A stretch of 64,000 bases of DNA. Source: the human T2T-CHM13v2.0 reference genome, Homo sapiens. Position 1 is the first letter of the stretch. Each line of letters starts with the position of its first letter. The translations under genes were made by a program, and so were the position numbers. Shown piece by piece: positions 1 through 12,949 of this stretch. The stretch lies in the NCBI RefSeq assembly GCF_009914755.1, contig NC_060930.1, one strand, 5' to 3'. Under the pieces are notes generated by a model. That model did not search any database, was not told the origin of the DNA, and saw only the letters and a program-made list of their open reading frames with translations.

Positions 1-1189
1 CCAACTTAACTGATAGTTGCCTCTAGGAATGGAAAAAATAGCCCTAGAAGCAGCATTTTAGGCCATTCAATGATCCCTGGCATCAATGTGCCTGAAAATA
101 GCCTCTGCCAATGGGCTATGCCCCAAGAGTGAGTGGCATATGGTACAGCAAACTGCAGGTTTTGTGAAAGAGCCTCAGGGGCAATATCTAGGCCACAGAG
201 GCTTGGAATCCTCAGCTAGGCAGGATCCTGATTCTCAGAGAAATCTGGCTCTGGGCTTAGAGCTCAGTCCTAGGGTTACCCAGGCACATTTCTGATTACC
301 TTCCCAACTATAGCTGGGCAAAAGCAGGCAATGCAAGCCTCATCTTTCCAGACTGCAGCTCAAGGAGACGAGTGACATGGTGCTCAGGTAGCTGTATACC
401 AGGTGGTTGGGGACAAAAGCAAATAGGCCCTCAGTCTCATCCTGACACACAGCGCAGCCTTGAATAAGTGCCTGCAGATCCCCATTTGCAGCTGGGGAAA
501 GACTACGGGAGCCCCAAGATGACTGCAGCTTCTCCTGAGCTCAGTACACAGCCATTCCTTGTCTGTGGGGCTATGACAGGAAGCAGGGGGATGGTGAGAG
601 CAGCCTGATCAGAAGGACTCAGGGTGACAGCATAATCCAGTTCCTCCAAAGCAGAAGCACCATTCAGATGATCACAGAGGGGAACACCAGGGGCCAAGAG
701 AGGGAAAGCACTCTATTTAGGGAATGGCAGTTTTGCTGACGCTCAGGTACTAGTGTATATCTAATTATCCAGATTCTTAATGTATTTCCTGCTCTGCAAT
801 CACTAGTCCCATGCCTAAGGAGGATACCTATAGTAGGCTTATGTGTCCTCAGTCTGAGTCTGGCTGTCTTAGGGAGGAGGGGACACCAAGGATGTGCCAA
901 GGAGGCTGAGTGTAGGTTCAAGCTGAACGTCTGAAACAAATTCAAATCGCACTTTACAGACTAACAGGAACTATTGTGATCCATCACAGAACCCCATTGT
1001 CTCATGTAGGAGTAGCTCCTATTCTACCTTATCAGGGATTCCGGGGTTGTCATTCTTTCCATCCATAGTCTGGGGTCTGTACATTGGTCAGAGAGCAGCC
1101 CCATCCTATAGGCTACCAGAGCCACAACTGGGAAAGTGTTTTAAACATGGAGATGTGCCAATCCAGATCTACCAAGAAAGGACTTGAGT

Positions 1190-1430
1190 TCATCTCTTCC
1201 TTGGGCAGTTTGTGCCCAGTGACAGAGGGGTAAGATGTAGAGGGCTGCTCATTTTGGCCCAAAACTGGAGGGCAGGAGTGGCTGCAGAGTTCCCCACAGG
1301 ATCAGCTGAGGCTCTGTTGAGTTTGCATTATTATTCAAATTCTATTCCCCTTTCTACTTCCTCCCTGCTTTCATAGGCATTGACCTCTAATCAACACCTT
1401 GCACCCCAAAGTCTGTCCTGGAATCTCCCT
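1190..1430 (+). mobile_element. ERVL-class LTR fragment (LTR16-like)
   Basis: 3' end 'cttcctccctgctttcataggcattgacctctaatcaacaccttgcacccc' resembles LTR16-family 3' ends; recalled similarity only. Confidence 0.45.
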
Positions 1431-2134
1431 GTAATGGGGAGAAACTTAACATATGGAAGAGTTGCATCCTTTAAATCCAAGAAAATCTGGATGAAATGCG
1501 GCATTACACAACAGGGCCCGAGGGGACTCAGAACAAAAGGTACAGTACTGACAACTGACTATGCCTTAAGCTTGTGTCAGTCCAACAGCTCCCTAGCTCT
1601 GGCCTGAGGAGCACAGCAGTTCCCTACCACCCCTGAGCAGAGCACCTTGGTGCAGATGGGACTGTTCCCCCCATAAAGGGCAAGGTCACCTTTCTCCTGG
1701 AACAAGTTGCATTCACCAACTTCCTGTGCTGCTAGCCAGCTCCCTTCACTGGAACCCTGTTGTGATGTACTTAGGCATGTCCTCAGGAGCCTCCTGTTGC
1801 TCTTCTCCCTGGGAGGATGCTCCAGTCACTGAACTGTTTAATCATCCCACTTAGAGCAGCATCATTTGGCACCACTGTAGAGTTTTCCTTGACAGCACTC
1901 AAGGGAGTCTCATACAGGGCCGACATGCACATAGACCACTGGAGACAGCACCAGCCATGTGCAGACAGCCTTGCACACTGCCATGTGACAGGCACGCACA
2001 CCTGATAATCATAGCTCCCCAGGTTCCTACATATGTCCCCAAGTGGTCCAGGCCCTCAGATTGAAGGGCATCAGGTTAACTTCCTCTCTTCCTTTAACGA
2101 GTTAGAACAGTTGAGCACAGGGAGTGGCAGCTAA

Positions 2135-2930
2135 GTGTAGACTTACTGGTTATTCCGTGTTTTCCCCCTAGAGCCATCCTGTCTTGCTCTGCACACAGGA
2201 GGCTAACCTGTGTGATTGTATCACTCAGCTCTCTTGCTGTTATAGGTTGGACAGTTTGGGATGCAAGGTGTTTATTAGGTATCGACACCTGTGAAAGGAA
2301 GGGGAAGAAGCAGGATTAAGCAGAGAGAAAATAATCTGACTGCTATGCAGGCCCAGAAGAGCTTTGGCCAGCTTGGTGGAGAGCTCCAAAGCAAGTATTT
2401 TCCATTTGTTCTATGTGTGGGTGACACACCTGGGCTTTTGCCGCCACACCTCAGTCACTGGTGGCTTCATGACCTTGGGTAAGTGGCTTCCTGTACCTGG
2501 GCAGCAAGCCCGGTACATCTTGTTGGGCATCTTAGTGACACAGTTGTGTCATCTATACTTGCCCTGTGGCTTTTAGTGAACTCAGCCCCTAGAAGGCACT
2601 CAAGAGGCCAAGGATGAGGAGAACAGGATGGGGTATTATTCCCTCTGTTCCTTTCCCTATAAGGCCATCTTTGGCCGGGTTGTGCTCCTTTACCAAAAGC
2701 TTTAGTTCCTGCTTGATCTAGACCCCATGGCTGAAGCTTGTACTGGGTTCTAGCAACAGCTTCTCCTGTACACCCCCTCCAGGTCCTGGTGGCGGTAAGT
2801 GCTCCTTTTGCTATTCCGCTGGTGTTTCACCATTGTTAGTTTCCTTCACCCTGCCTCTACTTCTTTAAAGGGTCCCTTTATTAAACACTAAGCCTATTAA
2901 CTATGCCATCTCTTTTCTCCGAGGACCCAA
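2135..2930 (+). mobile_element. LTR33-like ERVL LTR, split by a nested LTR at ~2240-2565
   Basis: Starts 'tgtagac...tgctctgcacacaggaggctaacctgtg', resumes ~2565, ends 'ttattaaac...tgccatctcttttctccgaggaccc'. Confidence 0.5.
2240..2565 (-). mobile_element. LTR16-like ERVL LTR nested in the LTR33-like element
   Basis: Reverse strand reads 'aatcctgcttcttccccttcctttcacaggtgtcgatacctaataaacaccttgcatccc', typical of LTR16 3' ends. Confidence 0.5.
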
Positions 2931-3144
2931 TAGGACCAGTAATCGAATAATTTTGTTCTCCTTACTGGTTCTCCCCTGTCCCATATTCCTTACAATATCC
3001 AAACTTTTCTACAAGTCAGATAGGGGTTTAGGGAAAAACCTATTTTTCTACTATGAAAAGTCATGTATAAAAGACTACTTTTTTTTTTTGAAACCCTGAG
3101 AAGCTATAAGCTTCTGTTTGCATAGAGAGATGCAGTATGTAATT

Positions 3145-3560
3145 TGAGTCTTAGGAACAGCTCCAAAACAGATCCTAGAAACAGACCTTGAGGTGAAGAT
3201 AAGTACAAATGATTAAGGAAAGATTGCCAGGAGGATCTAGTAAGGAAGTCACAAAAGCAGGACAGGGAAAAGAAAGCCAATCAAGTGGGGATATGATTTA
3301 GGCAAGGTCCCGGAGACCAGCTGCAGCCTGATCCCACAGGAGGGCCCTGCACCCAAAGTCAGAGGCATAATTTTCATTCTAGTCACTGGCCAAGGACTGT
3401 TCCAAGAAGATAAGCTCCCAGGGATGTCTGGCTTTCTCTGCCTACAGATGAGATGGTCCCATTCCTTAGGTCAGTTCTCCCAAGAAGAGGCACATATGCA
3501 GGCTATTGGAAGTAAACACACAAAGCCGGGAAGAGATGCTCAGGAAAGGTAACAAGGAAT
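3145..3560 (-). mobile_element. old ERVL-class LTR fragment
   Basis: 'acagaccttgagg...agcaggacagggaaaagaaagccaa' is the reverse of an LTR16-type 3' end. Confidence 0.35.
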
Positions 3561-3561
3561 T

Positions 3562-6500
3562 GAGGAAGTGACAGCAAGATGGCAGAATAGAAAACACTGG
3601 CTTATTCCTCCATCATGGAAACATGAAATATACAGGTCAGAGTAGCATTGTGAGAACTCTAGAAACCAATTTAGAAGCTGCAGCAATCAAGCTTATGCTC
3701 AACCCAAGAAACCACACTCAATGATAGGAAATTACTCAGCATTTTTGCTCAACCTTGCTTTACCACATCTGTGGGTGGTTAGAAGAAAGCTGCCCAAATC
3801 CTGGCCCCTTCCTTGGCACATAAAGAATGGAACTTGCCAAGTTCTGACTTGTCTGTGAAAAACCTGAAGGATTGGTTTCTGTGTCACTTGACTGAGCACT
3901 GACAGGAGTGGCAGCATAGTTTGAATATCAGGTTGGAAGCCCCTGAAAGCAGTGGCAGGTTCTGTAGCATGAGATTCAGGGGGCTGCAGAACCATGGGCT
4001 CCTGAGAATGAGAGATTCTGGGAAGAGAGGAACAATAGAACAAAGCTCCTGAGAAGAGGTGAGGCTCTTAACATGTTTAAAGGTAAATGTGCATACAGTG
4101 AGAAACATACCACATATCAAAGCTCCTAATTATATGAAGCAAACATTGACAAAATTATAGAAATAGACAACTTCACAAGCACAAATTAACACCCTACTTC
4201 CAATAGTGGATATAACAACCAGACAGGACCAATAGGGAAATAGGTCCTGAATACCACTACCGACAAGTTGTACGCAACAGACATGTACAGAACACTCTTC
4301 TCAGCAGCATACACATTTTTTTCCAAGTACATATGGAACATTCTTCGAGATAGACCATATATTAGTCCACAAAACAAGTCTTAATAGACTTAGGAGGATT
4401 GAATTATACAAATTATCTTTTCTGATCACAATGGAATAAAACTAGAAAACAAGAAAAACTAGAAATTAGATAATACACCCTTTAATCAAAACATAAATCA
4501 CAAGAGACAATAGAAAATCTTGATAAACCAAGATAGAGAATATATCAAAACCTATGGGGTGCAATGAAAGCAATGCTGAGAGGGAAATTTATAGCTGTAA
4601 ACATTTAAGGCAGGTCTCAAATCAACAACGTAACTTCACAACTTAACCCAGACACGTTATGGATTAAACCTAAAAGCAAGCAGACCAAAAGAAATGAAAA
4701 TTAGAGTAGAGATAGAGAAATCAAACTATGTTCTTTGCAAAGAAAATCGACAACTAGATTTAAAAGAGTTAAATAACTAAGATCAGAAATGAAAGATGAA
4801 ACATTACAACAATTGACTTTACAAAAACAAAAAACATTAAGAGGATACTAGGAATAATTGTGTGCTAAAGGATTGGGTAACCTAGATGAGATGGATAAAT
4901 TCCTAGAAACATACACACCAACTTATTAAGAAAGAAAATCTGAACAGGTCTATAACCAGCAAGGAGATTTAATCAGTCATTTAAAACCTCTAAACAATTA
5001 AAAGCCCAGGACCAGATGGCTTCACTGGTATGTTCTAAAACATTTAAAAATTAATAACCCTCCCAAAACATTGAAAAGGGAATACTTCTAAACATTCTAT
5101 AAGGCCAACATTACCCTGACACTAAAGCAACACAAAAAACACCAGACCAGTATTAGTGATAAATATTGAGGCAAACTTATAACAAGATACTAACAATTTA
5201 ACAGCACATTAGAAGGATCATACTCCATGACCAAGTGGGCTCCATTCCTGGAATTCAAGGATGATTCTGTATATGAAAGAGAAAAGTCAATGTCGTGTAC
5301 CACATTAACAGAATGAAGGAGGAAAAGCAAAATTGATGTGGAGAAAGAACTTCAATTTACCTGTTCATAATTAAAGACAGTCAAACTAGGAATAGAGGGA
5401 AACTTTTTTTTTTTTTAACATAAATGTCTTATATGAAAAGCCCACAGCCATCATACTCAGTTGGTGTGAAACTAGAAACTCAGATCTAAGATTGGAAAAG
5501 GCTAAAGAATGCCTTGTCTTTGCCACTTCTATTTAACATAGTACTGGATGTCTTAGAGCAATTAGGGAAGAAATAGTAACAAGGCATCCAAATTGGAAAT
5601 AGTTCCCTGTTCAGACATGATCTTTCATGTAGAAAACCCTAAAGATTCCACAAAAATGCCTGTTAAACCCCATTCTAAAAGTGGGCAAAGGACATGAACA
5701 GACACTTCTCAAAAGACGACATTTTTGTGGCCAACAGGAAAATAAGCTCAACATCACTGATCATTAGAGAAATGCAAATCAAAACCACACCAGCCAGAAT
5801 GGCAATTATAAAAAAAAGTCAAGAAACCACAGATGCTGGTTGGGCTGTGGAGAAATAGGAACACTTTACACTGTTGGTGGAAATGTAAATTGGTTCCACC
5901 ATTGTAGAAGACAGTGTGGTGATTCCTCAAAGACCTAGAAATGAATACCATTTGACCAAGCAATCCCATTACTGGGTATATACCCAAAGGGATATAAACC
6001 ATTCTATTATAAAGATACATGTATGTGTATGTTCATTGCAGCACTATTCACAATAGCAAAGACATGGAATCAACCCAGATGGCCATAAGTGATAGACCAG
6101 ATAAAATGTACATGTACATTGTGAAATACTATGCAGCCATAAAAAGGAATGAAATAACGTCCTTTGCACAGACATGAATGGAGTTGGAAGCTATTATTCT
6201 CAGCAAACTAATGCAGGAGCAGACAACCAAACACTGCATGTTCTCGTTTATAAGTGGGACCTGAAAATGAACACATGGACACAGGAAAGGGAACAACACA
6301 CATTGGGACCTGTTCAGGGAGCAGAGGGAGGGAGAGCACCAGGATAATTAATGCGTGTGGGGCTTATTACCTAGGTGATGGGTTGATCTGTGCAGCAAAT
6401 GACCATGGCACATGTTTACCTATGCAACAAACTTGCACGTCCTGTACATGAATTCCGGAACTTAATTTTAAGTTAAAAAAAAGCCTGTTAAATAAGCAAA

Positions 6501-8125
6501 TTTAGTTAAGTTGCAGGATGTGAAAACAAAAATAAGTTTTCCATACACCAGCAATGTTAAGAAAAGGAAAACTTATAGTCACAAAGAATATTTAAGAATA
6601 AACCTAGGAAATGAAAAACTTACACTGAAAACAAAACACTGATGAAAGACAGTGACACAAAGACATTCCATGTTTGTGGATTGGAGTGTTATTAATGGCA
6701 ATACTATCCAAATTTATCTACAAATTTAATGTCACCTCCATCACAATCTCAATTTTTTTTTGTAGAAAGTTTTAACTAAATTAATATGGAATTTCAAGAC
6801 ACCCAGAATAGCCAGAACAATTTTGAGAAAGAACAAAGTTGGAAGTCTTATACTTCCTGACTTCAAAGTTATAAAGCTACAATAATCTAGATACTGAGAT
6901 ACTGCCATAAAGTCATAGACCAATAGAATAGAAGAGTACTCCAGAAGTAAATCCTATCACATTATGGTCAAGTTATTTGACAAGGATGCCAAAACCATTC
7001 AATGGGGGGAAAGAACAGCCTCTTAAAATGGTACTGAGTAAACTAGATATCCCCACGCAAAAGAAAATTTGGAACTTTACCTTATAAGGCTTATCCCATA
7101 TATAAACAGTCAACTGATCAAAGACTTACATAAAACTATAGAACTTAGAAAACCAGTTTGACATTTAATTTGGCAATAGTTTCTTGGATATGACAAAAGC
7201 ATAGGCCAAAGTAAAGACAGATACATTGGACTATAAAGTTACAAACGCCCCTACAAAGATCACAATGAATACAGTGAGAAGGCAACCTGTGGGATGGGAG
7301 AAAGTATTTGCAAGTCATATCTTACAGGGGCTTAATATCCAGAATATATGCCAGGTACTCTTGCAATCCAACAGCAACTAAAAAAGTGGGCAGCGGACTC
7401 ATCTGAGGGATGTCTATTCAAATGGTGAAAAAGCACACAAAGAGATGCTCAACACCACTAATCATTGGGGAAATGCAAATCCAAGCCACAATGAAATACC
7501 CCCTAACACTCATTAGGAAGGCTACCATGGACAAAACCCTACAAAATAAGGGATGCTGAGGATGTGGAGAAATTGGAAGCCTTGTTGGTGGGAATATACA
7601 ATAGTACAGGCACTATGAAAAAGAGTATGGTAGTTTATCAAAATTAGAATTATATGAACCAGAAATTCTACTTCTGGGTATATGCCCCAAAGAGGTGAAA
7701 TCAGGGCCTCAGATGTTTGTATATCCATGTTCGTAGCAGCATTATTCTCAATAGCCAACAGGTAGAAGCAACCCAAGTGTCCCACAGATGAACAAAGTGT
7801 ATACACATACAATGGAATATTGTTCAGCCTTAAAAGGAAAACCGGCTCATGTCACAACGTGAATGAGCCTTGAGGACATTACACTAGGCAAAATAAGCCC
7901 ATTACAAACTGACATACTATATTATTCCACTTATGAGGTACCTACAATAGCCACATTCATAAAGATAAAATGGTTCTCACAGGAGCTGTGGGGGAAGATA
8001 CAAAGGGGTATATAAGTTTCAGTTTGGGAAGATGCAGAATTCTGGAGGTTGTAAATATGAACGTACTCAATTAACTGTATTCTTAAAGTGGTTAAGATAA
8101 TGCGTATTTTACCTCAATTTAAAAG
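3562..8125 (+). mobile_element. old L1 (L1MB-like): 5'UTR, decayed ORF2, 3'UTR; ORF1 region missing
   Basis: L1 start 'gcaagatggcagaatag'; ORF2 remnants from ~4120 ('ccaggaccagatggcttcactgg' = PGPDGFTG); L1MB-type 3' end 'aactgtattcttaaagtggttaagat...tattttacctcaattt'. Confidence 0.85.
5668..6482 (+). mobile_element. 5'-truncated L1PA (older primate subfamily) inserted in the L1MB
   Basis: L1PA ORF2 C-terminus and 3'UTR with A tail; TSD 'gcctgttaaa' at 5658-5667 and 6483-6492. Confidence 0.9.
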
Positions 8126-8939
8126 AAATTGGAGGATCTAGATTGAGCACAGAATGTCCACTATACTTAGGAGAAACTTCTTGTAAAACACCTTTTAGAA
8201 TAAGGTTAAGGACAAATAATCAACTGTTACCTTGGGATTCATTTGTAACACAATAATCTGCAATGGGGACTTAGCAAAGCTACTACCTCTTACCTTGGTG
8301 TGCAGAGTTTAGAGATAAGGGTGAGCTATTTGGAAGTCTCTGGACTTCTTACGATGGCACTATTGGTTCCCTAGGTTAAAAGGGGAAAGAGTCCCTGAAA
8401 TAGGATTCCCCAGAGAAAGGGAATTTCGGGCTGATAGTCTGGGGTCAAAATAACATTTAATGAATGCTGGGTTCTCTTTTGAACATGAACATTGTATTTT
8501 AGAAACTGTGAACAGGGGAATTGAATTTTAGTCAGCTGTAACTTTGTCACTCCAATGTGGAATCCCATTGTAGCTTTGACTGGATTTGGATCAGTAGAAC
8601 TGAAAGGCATCCAGGATAGTTTAAGAGTGCCCTGCCAGTAGAAATAACTAGCAGAAGTGGACAGGTCAAACAGGGCTAACTTTCTCCAAGGCCAAACATA
8701 GCCCCATATTTTGAGAGCCATGGGGATTATCTTCAAGAAGTAGATATTGGACATATGGAACAAAAGTGAGTATTAGAGGAAGTAATTGATAAGGCCTGTT
8801 TTACACTCATTTGAGTTATATAAGTAGCCAAAGTTCAGGACAAAGGCACTTTCAGTGGTTAGTATTCTAGTCTGTCCTGCAACAAGATGGTCAGATAACC
8901 TTAACCCCAGCACTCAAGGACACTGACCCCCTTTTTGAG

Positions 8940-9560
8940 TGCAGGTACCACTCCCAGCTACGTATCAAGGGTCCTACAACCCGCCTTTCTCCTTGGGTTC
9001 ATTTAATTTGCTAGATGGCTCACAGAACTCAAAGAAGCACTTTTTTTTACTTTAAGTTACGGGATACATGTGCAGAAGAGAAGCACTTTACTTATGTTTA
9101 CCCATTTTTTATAAACGCTATTACAAAACACACATATGAACAGCCTGATAGAAGAGACTCATTAGGCAAGGCATGTGGGAAAGGGTTGCAGGGCTTCCAT
9201 GGCCTCTTCAGCATGCCACCTTCCAAGCACATCCATGTGTTCAGCTATCCAGAAGCTATGAACCTGTCCTTTTGGGCTTTATGGAAGTTTCATTACATAG
9301 GCATGATTGATTACATCTTTGACCATTGGTGATCAACTTAACTTTTAGCCTTTTCTTCTGATAACCCAAGGTTGGGGGGTGTGGCTGCAAGTCCCAACCC
9401 TCTAATCATGCTTTAGTCTTTCCAGTGACCAGCTCCCATCCTGAAGCTATCTAGGGGACACTAGTCATAATTAGCATCATCACTTCAGAAGTTTTAGGAC
9501 CTGTATATTAGAAAACAGGGATAAAGACCAATTATCTAATTTATACCATACTATGTCAAG
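8940..9560 (-). mobile_element. MER21-family LTR
   Basis: 'taatttgctagatggctcacagaactc', 'ttcattacataggcatgattgatt', 'ccattggtgatcaacttaac' match recalled MER21 consensus. Confidence 0.8.
9044..9078 (-). mobile_element. ultra-short L1PA 3' tip (~35 bp) with TSD
   Basis: 'tttttactttaagttacgggatacatgtgcagaa' is the reverse L1PA terminus; TSD 'agaagcacttt' at 9033-9043 and 9079-9089. Confidence 0.8.
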
Positions 9561-9604
9561 CACATAGAGCTGTCAGGTGATATTACGGCCCTAAAAAGAA
9601 CATA

Positions 9605-10148
9605 TGGAACTGCCCTCACAGGGTTGACAAGAAGCACAATCCAGGCTTTAGGTAGAATTATAGTTAGGCATTAAGGTGTGTTGGCACATTTTGACCCACT
9701 TTCCTTGCAGCTGCCAACTGAGTCACATAGCATGCTGACTACTTGCTTCTCCATCATTCCTGTACATAGGTTCTCTAATGCTAGAATAAGACTTTTGCTC
9801 AAATATTGCTTAAGTTGCTTCCAGAACCCCAAATTCCAGCAGAATATCTGGTGTCAAACAGACTGAAGACCACCTGAGAAACTGACTCAGCTCAAGGATG
9901 CAATTTCTTCATCTCCTTGTCACATGACTTAACTTCTCATTTTCAGGACAAGTCAGTGATCCCCTACACCTCAGCCTGCCATCTGTCCAGAGTCCTTAAA
10001 AGCTCTATTTCCAAACTTCTCAGGGAGGTGGATTTGAGGTTTTCTTCTCTCCCATTTGGGTGGCCCTGTGATTAAACACTGCTGCAACCCTCAATGTCTC
10101 AGTATATTGACTTGCCAGGCATCAGGCAATGAATCTGTTACAATTATG
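9605..10148 (+). repeat. 5' LTR (MER66-like)
   Basis: 'ccctcacagggttgacaagaa...' aligns by eye to 23570-24124 and to recalled MER66 consensus. Confidence 0.85.
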
Positions 10149-10156
10149 ATATTTAA

Positions 10157-10174
10157 TGGCAATCTAGCCAGGAG
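10157..10174 (+). promoter_or_regulatory. primer binding site, tRNA-Arg-like
   Basis: 'tggcaatctagccaggag' matches 15/18 of TGGCGAGCCAGCCAGGAG (complement of the tRNA-Arg(ACG) 3' end), just after the 5' LTR. Confidence 0.7.
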
Positions 10175-10940
10175 ACCCCTTGTGGGAATCTGTCCATGGC
10201 TCGGTTTCCCTACTTGTCATTTCAGTCTGCTCAGAGACAAACTCAAGAGGTCACCTGGCTCCTGAAGACATGGACTATCTCTGAAGCCTTCCCTGCTGGC
10301 TGGGCATTGCTCAGCATTGGTGCATACACTTGTTTCCAGCAGAAATATGGTATCTGGACCTGGAAGAACCCACTTTTCCTTCTAACTTGTTTACCTCCTT
10401 GGAGGTCCTGTAGCCTCTCCAGAGGTCTTGTTGACCCTCCCTTATCACTAGGAAAAGACTTGCTGAGGGCGAGGGTGGGTGGGTGGGAGGGACTTATTCC
10501 AACCAAAAAGGGAATAGAGGATCCTCTCTGGGAGAGGTACTCTTAGACTTGTCTGGGTCTTAGTTTCAAAATCAAATTACGGAACTGACTTGTGAGACCT
10601 TATGTTTCATCATGTCTTGTTTGTATGAAAACCCCAAAGGAGTTGCTGGCGAAAGCTCAGTTGGCCTGACTTGGAACCTGTTCTGTCTTACTACTTGCAG
10701 TTAGTGAGTCCCAGAGTAGTCAGCAGCTTGGTAGCCTAACTCAGGGTGGCCATCTGCTCTATCACACTGAGTGACCATTTGCTAGATTACTGGCTGGGGG
10801 TCATGTCTCCCCCACATTGTGTGGATCGATAGTGTCAGGTACTAGCTGGGGCAAGTGTGAGCCTTGCCAGGTTGAACTCGGGCATTGAGCAGAGCAGCTT
10901 GTGTTTGTTGTGTGTACAGTGGAGTTTTGTCTTGGTTGAT

Positions 10941-12400
10941 ATGGAAAACGCTAATTTGATTCCCCCCAAAGCAGTCCATTGGGCTGTCTCCTCCAAAATC
11001 GGGTTTCTTACCTACAAACACATAGAAAGTGATTTTCTTTATAATACAGCCCGGCCCCAGTACTCATTAGAATACAGGGAAAGAGGCCAGAAAATGTTTT
11101 CCTTAATTATAATGCCATCTTGTAGTTACACCTGTTGTGTAAGAAAGAAAAATTGAATGAAATTCCTTATGTACAATGTTTTGTGTTGCTTTGACAAAAG
11201 CTGTTACAGAAAAATGCAAAATCATGGTACAATGGAATGTTAATGCAAACAATTTTGTATTAGTGGAATCACAGGAGAAGGATGACAATACTTTGCTAGT
11301 TCAGTTGAATGAGCCATTGATTTCACCTCCCCAACTTCATGGGAGAGATGTGACCATGCCACAAGCACTTGAATCAGACTCCCTGCCTTCAAAAGGGCAG
11401 GAACCTGGAGCTACAGCAATGGTTTCCCTTGTTGCTACTGTCAGAGAACCAAATTTGGCCAGGGCACCACTTTAGCTCTAGCAGGGCAATTCCCCCATTA
11501 ATAGCTCCCCATGGAGGGACCGATGCTGACACAGGGCAATCCATAGGGCTTGTTTGGGTCTATTCCTCATTATCTACTTCTGGCTTAATCGGAAAAATGA
11601 CTTGCCCACCTATTGGGATGATCAAAAATGAAAAATTTCCCCTTTATCTTTGCAACTTATAACCGCACCAGGGTCAGTGTCTAAAGCTTGTTAAACACAC
11701 TTAATGTCTGAGGAACAGAAAATGGTCTTAGAAAAGGCTAGAGAAGAGGTAGATCCCCCCAGTATGCTGATTCCCCCAGTAACCCAGTGTGGGCAGCTGC
11801 CCAGGTCACAGTGCCCACAGCCAACCCTAAGTAGAATGTTAACACTGGAGGTAGGGATAAGCTTGGGCATTATTGTGCTCATGATTTCACTCTGGCCAGA
11901 CACCGTAAAGGAATACCAAAGCAGAGAAGCCTTGAGTTTCAAGAAGTACAACAAGAACCCAGGTAGAGCCCCTCAGAAATCCTGGAACACTTTTTTTTAA
12001 GCACTTAGGCAATATAGTGGTATTGACACTAAGGCACCAGAAAATTAAGATAATATACATGATGTTTATTAGCAAAAGTGCCTCTGATATTCAGAGGAAG
12101 GCACAAAAAGGAACATTGACCATGTCTTTGTCCCAATTGGTGAAGATTGTTTTCAAGGTATTCATCAGCAAAGATCAATGTCAGAACAATGAAAAAATGC
12201 AACAGCAAGCCACCATGCTGATAGCTGCTCTGACTCAAGGAAACTCTAGACCACCCTGAGGGTACTCCCCAGGAATTCCACTTAAGGTAGAGCCTCCCTG
12301 GGCCCCATGATCCCCACAAAAAGAAATACCCCACTGGGGGTCCTAACCAGTGGGTATATTGCAGACAGGAGGGTCCATTGGGAAAAAGATTACCTATACC
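10941..12400 (+). pseudogene. ERV gag remnant (frameshifted)
   Basis: ATG at 10941 followed by a 'SPLGCLLQN'-like matrix motif; 'SEEQKMVLEKAREE' and 'MFISKSASDIQRK' capsid pieces; decayed Cys-His box 'YCRQEG..W' at ~12350-12400. Confidence 0.8.
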
Positions 12401-12579
12401 TCAAAAGGGCCAATATGGGGGTGGGGGGTGGGGGCTAGGGGGTTAAGAGGGGAATCAGTCTCCTGTTCAACAGATGCCCAAAATAGCTGAAGGGTCTAGA
12501 GGGCTGAAGATTTTGAGGATTAGAAATGACAGTACAAGGTCTCCCTCCAACACAACTAATACACTCCATATTTCCCACA

Positions 12580-12900
12580 TGGAACCTTGGGTCACTATGA
12601 CCATGGAAAATCAACTTTTGGACTTTCTAGTAGATACTGGTGTCACCTATTTGGTATTAAGTACATGCATATCCAAACTGTTGTCAGAAACTATGAAAGT
12701 GACTAGGGCCTCAGGGGAGACCCTGAAGACAATTCCTCCAACCCCTGGATCAACTGGGACAAGTCCAGTTAGAAACAGCTTATATGTGCCTGAATGACCC
12801 ATTTTGAGACATTATCTCTTGACTAAACTGAATGCAAAGGTTACATTTTCGCTGGGTTGGCTGAGTATCAGAATGCTCACAGGACAAGCTTGCACCTTGC
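12580..12900 (+). pseudogene. ERV protease remnant
   Basis: ORF 12474-12797 contains 'EPWVTMTMENQLLDFLVDTGVTYLVL' (aspartic protease DTG motif). Confidence 0.85.
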
Positions 12901-12949
12901 GAGCTTCGTTGTTATAAGCAGCTTAAAAGCCTGTGCCTATTTCTGAAGA

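Noticed and set aside
1-1190. Possible ERVL/MaLR internal sequence
   Set aside because: General resemblance only; no diagnostic motif I could verify.
8371-8763. 130-aa minus-strand ORF
   Set aside because: Non-ATG start, no recognisable family, no supporting gene structure.
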